Positions 60,591 through 64,000 of a DNA stretch of 64,000 nt are shown one piece after another. Below the pieces are notes generated by a model. The model made no database searches, was not told where the DNA came from, and saw only the letters and a list, made by a program, of their open reading frames with translations. The position numbers and the translations under genes were made by a program. Numbering within the stretch: position 1 is the first letter of the stretch; every line of letters begins with the position of its first letter. Source of the stretch: Octopus sinensis (Eukaryota); NCBI RefSeq assembly GCF_006345805.1, contig NC_043007.1:30876001-30940000 (forward strand), read 5' to 3'.

Positions 60591-61172
60591 AATAATCCTT
60601 TCTACTATAGGCACAAGGTCTGAAATTTAGAGGAGGAGGATAGTCATTTACATCGACCCCCCACCCCACCCAATGTTTCGTTGGTATTTAATTTAGTGAC
60701 CCCAAAAGGAGAAAAGGCAAACAACTTGACAATGCTTTTCACTTTTGTCAGGTTTTTCCCATCAAAGTAGATTTTTTTTCTCAAGTATTAAGACTTATTC
60801 ATAAGTGTCATAGGAAAGGCAGCGAGCTGGCAGAAACGTTAGCACGACGGGCGAAATGCTTTGCGGTATTTCATGTCTTTACATTGTTCTGAGTTCAAAT
60901 TCCGCCGAGGTCGACTTTGCCTTTCATCCTTTCGGGGTCGATAAATTAAGTACCAGTTGCATACTGCGGTCGATCTAATTGAGTAGCCCCTTCCCCCAAA
61001 CTTTCAGGCCTCTCTTGTGCCTAGAGTAGAAAAGAATAAATGTCTTAGGAGATTAAACTCTGTTTTACTTAGTAATCTCTTTCTCTCTCTCTTTCCCTCT
61101 CTCCCTCTATCTGTTTCCTTCTCTCTCCCCCTCTCCCTCTCTCTCATATACTCTGACTTCTTCATCAAACAG

Positions 61173-61361
61173 GCTGAACTACTCGTTAACAGACCCATTA
61201 AGTCCGTGGATGATGCCAAAGCAGCCGTGCCATTATTCTTGGAACGAGGCTGTTCCAACGTCATAATCACGCTTGGTGCCCTTGGTTCTGTCTATGGCAG
61301 CAAAGGGACCTCAGAAGTGACCCATGTGCCTTCCTCTGTGGTCACAGCTGTGGACAGTACC
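61173..61361 (+). CDS. RBKS: RBKS exon 7
   Basis: aaacag / gtaagt; AELLV..LERGCSNVIITLGALG..VTAVDST. Confidence 0.96.
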
Positions 61362-61597
61362 GTAAGTATAGCTCAGAAAACTTCCATTCAAGTCCATTAA
61401 TGGTCAAGCTTTGTGTGTGTCCTTGTATGTTTGTGTGTTGTGTGAACCAACGATCTGTGCCAGTGGAGTGTCACTATATACCTACTGTAATGCAGGCATA
61501 ATACATGCAGTAGATATATTGAAATGCAACATTCTACACATGGTCCTTTGTAAACTACTGCACACAAGTACACAGGTCTTCAGTATACATATATATA

Positions 61598-61899
61598 CTA
61601 GCAGTATCGCCCGGCGTTGCTCGGGTTTGTAAGGGACATAACTATATAAGCATTTTTAGAGAGTTACTTCCCTTATATAACCCGAGCAAAAATCATTGAA
61701 AATGCAGAAAAATGATGGTAAATTTATTTTTAAATCGTAGACTCATCGTAGACGTGCGCTAATACCCAGAAGGGCTTGATATGAAAGACTATAAGATACC
61801 TGCTTTTGGTTAAACTGCACCAAAAAATGTGGGAGTAGTTAGGAATCTAAATCGGAGGAGACAGTCTCACACACATAACTTCAATTTTATATATAAAGA
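61598..61899 (-). mobile_element. Non-autonomous Helitron-type element, same family as 11608-11904
   Basis: Plus strand ctagcagtatcgcccggcgttgctcggg..ttttatatataaaga. Confidence 0.75.
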
Positions 61900-62419
61900 T
61901 ATGTACATCATCATCATCATCGTTTAATGTCTGCTTTCCATGCTGGCATAGGTTGGATGGTATGACTGAGGACTGGCAAGCCAGAAGGTTGCACCAGGCG
62001 CCAATCTGATCTGGCAAAGTTTCTACAGATGGATGCCCTTCCTAATGCCAACCACTCCGAGAGTAGTGGGTGCTTGTATGTGCCACTGGCACGAGGGCTA
62101 GTCAGGAGGTATTGGCATTGACCACACTCATATGGTGCCTATTACGTGCCCATGGCACAGGAGCCACTCAGGCGGCACTGGCATGATTCAGTTGAATTAG
62201 GTACTTAAGTTGAGGCACCAAGTTAGTCCAGTAAGGTCCACACAGCTCAAAGTTAGGTGAATAAAAAGCAAATAAGTAACGAGGATGTCCAGGTGTCAAT
62301 GCATTGCAGCAGTTTCAAGTGGCTCCATTTAATCAATCAATGAAAACATTACATCAATTTGAAAGAAACAGCCCTCCTCAGAAGCATACAACCATAAAGA
62401 TTTCCAATATAAAGGATAC

Positions 62420-62581
62420 TCCATTATTTACATTTGACGGATATTTGTCCTCATCTTGTTTGTGGTTAACACAACATTTTGGCTGATATACCTTCCAGCC
62501 TTCATCAGGTACCTTGGGGAAATTTAGGAATGAGCACCTGGGTTCTCATTCCGAAGGTATTTTTCAATGTTGTTGTTGTTG

Positions 62582-62630
<49 letters not shown>

Positions 62631-62757
62631 GCCCATGGGCATATGGCGTAGTGGTTAGGAGCGTGGGCTACTAACCCCAAAGTTCCAACAACAACATCAA
62701 GAAATGCCTTAGGAATGAGAACCCAGGTTTGAAATTTCCCCAAGACACCTGATGAAA
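62420..62757. mobile_element. Inverted pair of family 'C' SINE fragments around an (ATT)n run
   Basis: Minus copy ~62420-62575 (CTGATGA-aggctg..cagcc-AAAAT-GTT-GTGT); plus copy 62638-62757 (A box TGGCGTAGTGG, ends at GACAC-CTGATGA). Confidence 0.75.
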
Positions 62758-63262
62758 AGAGGAGGGTGGGAGGGCGGGAGGACATGGTGTTTCCCAATTC
62801 TGTTGTCTTGGGTTCATTCCCATTCTGTGGCACTTTAGGCAAGTGTCTCCTACAACAGCTCCTATCAACCAAAAACCTAGTAAGTGGATTTGTTAGATGG
62901 AAACTGAAAGAAGCCTGTGTGTTTGTGTATTTGCCTTGGCATTTTGTGATGGCTGTAAATGAGCACATGATGTTGTTTGCAGTCTTCCATGAAAAAATGT
63001 GTCTGGCCATGGGAAAATATAAACCTTGTTTGAAAACAAGCGAGGGTTTGTAACGGGAAGAGCACCCAGCTGTAGATTATCTGTCTCAACAAATTCCATC
63101 TGACCCATGCAAGCGTGGAAAAGTGGATATTAAATGGTGATGATGATTCTGATGATGATTCTGTTACATTTTCTTAATTCCTTTGAATTATTTACCAAAT
63201 TCTCCATGTTTTTCAAATTTTAACTTTTGATTTACTAGTCTCTTTTTTTTTTTTTTTTCTAG

Positions 63263-63439
63263 GGTGCCGGTGATGCTTTCATTGGCAGTTTTGCATATTA
63301 TCTCTCCCACCATCCCCACCTTGACCTCCGTGAGATGATTCGTCGGTCCAGTAAAATAGCCTCAGTCAGTGTCCAGAAACCTGGGACCCAGACAAGTTTC
63401 CCGAGCAGGGAAGCCCTGTCAGCTGATCTCTTTGCCTGA
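63263..63439 (+). CDS. RBKS: RBKS exon 8, last coding exon
   Basis: ttctag acceptor; GAGDAFIG (completes the PfkB D-S-T-G-A-G-D catalytic motif)..SVQKPGTQTSFP..LFA*; total CDS 927 nt. Confidence 0.97.
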   Translation, partial: GAGDAFIGSFAYYLSHHPHLDLREMIRRSSKIASVSVQKPGTQTSFPSREALSADLFA

Positions 63440-64000
63440 AGAGAATCTCTTTATCACACAACGCAGTTTATATTTTTACAACCAAGAAATGTTCCTGAAA
63501 GCAATACATATTGTTTATACCAGTGGCCATCATGTGAGAATGGATTGACTAAGAAATTAGGACTGTTTTTGTTTTTTTCCTTGTTATGGCTGAAACAGGG
63601 GTGTGTTATCATGTAGCAATTTTTAATAATAAAGATGAAATACTTTCACACACACATCTGTCTCTCTACTCACAGTCAAAACAGCCCTATTGAATACTTT
63701 TCTATTCTAGGCACAAGGCCCGAAATTTGGTGGGGGCAAGGCAGTTGATTAGATCGACCCCAGTGCGTAACTGGTACTTAATTTATCAACCCTGAAAGGA
63801 TGAAAGGCAAAGTCGACTTTAACAGAATTTGAACTCAGAATGTAAAGACAGACAAAATACCTATTTCTTTACTACCCACATGGGGTTAAACACAGTGAGT
63901 ACAAACAAGGTCAAACAGATTAAGTCGATTATATCGATTCCAGTGTGTAACTGGTACTTATTTAATTGACCCTGAAAGGATGAAAAGCAAAGTCGACCTC

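Noticed and set aside
61017-61172. In-frame upstream extension of RBKS exon 7 in the ORF track
   Set aside because: Made of SINE tail and (CT)n polypyrimidine tract; the acceptor at 61171-72 gives the homologous exon boundary

Overview
Eukaryotic, AT-rich genomic window packed with microsatellites and transposable elements. The SINE/LINE content is what I associate with octopus (coleoid cephalopod) genomes; this taxon call is inference. Three complete multi-exon genes can be assembled by hand with GT-AG introns and consistent phases: CINP (minus, 5 exons, 13881-19760, 232 aa); PPAT, amidophosphoribosyltransferase (plus, 11 exons, 25308-40599, 508 aa), divergent from CINP; and RBKS, ribokinase (plus, 8 exons, 45837-63439, 308 aa). 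No PAICS exons were found. The first ~9.5 kb is a graveyard of decayed retroelements (Penelope-like, L1/Tx1-like, CR1/L2-like, RTE). Introns hold many tRNA-derived SINEs, RTE 3' ends, hAT/piggyBac/TA-TSD MITEs, Helitron-type elements, a hAT transposase remnant and one young, nearly intact 5'-truncated CR1-group LINE. Highlights: (1) a tRNA-headed SINE whose tail reconstructs to a Penelope-type minimal hammerhead ribozyme, plus two stand-alone hammerhead-like motifs; (2) a 23-bp x3 higher-order tandem array with 17 perfect TGAGTCA (AP-1/TRE) sites between the divergent CINP and PPAT starts; (3) a GC-rich CR1 copy that is a horizontal-transfer candidate; (4) a duplicated RBKS intronic segment ending in cryptic exons. 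Coordinates were counted by hand; TE boundaries are approximate.
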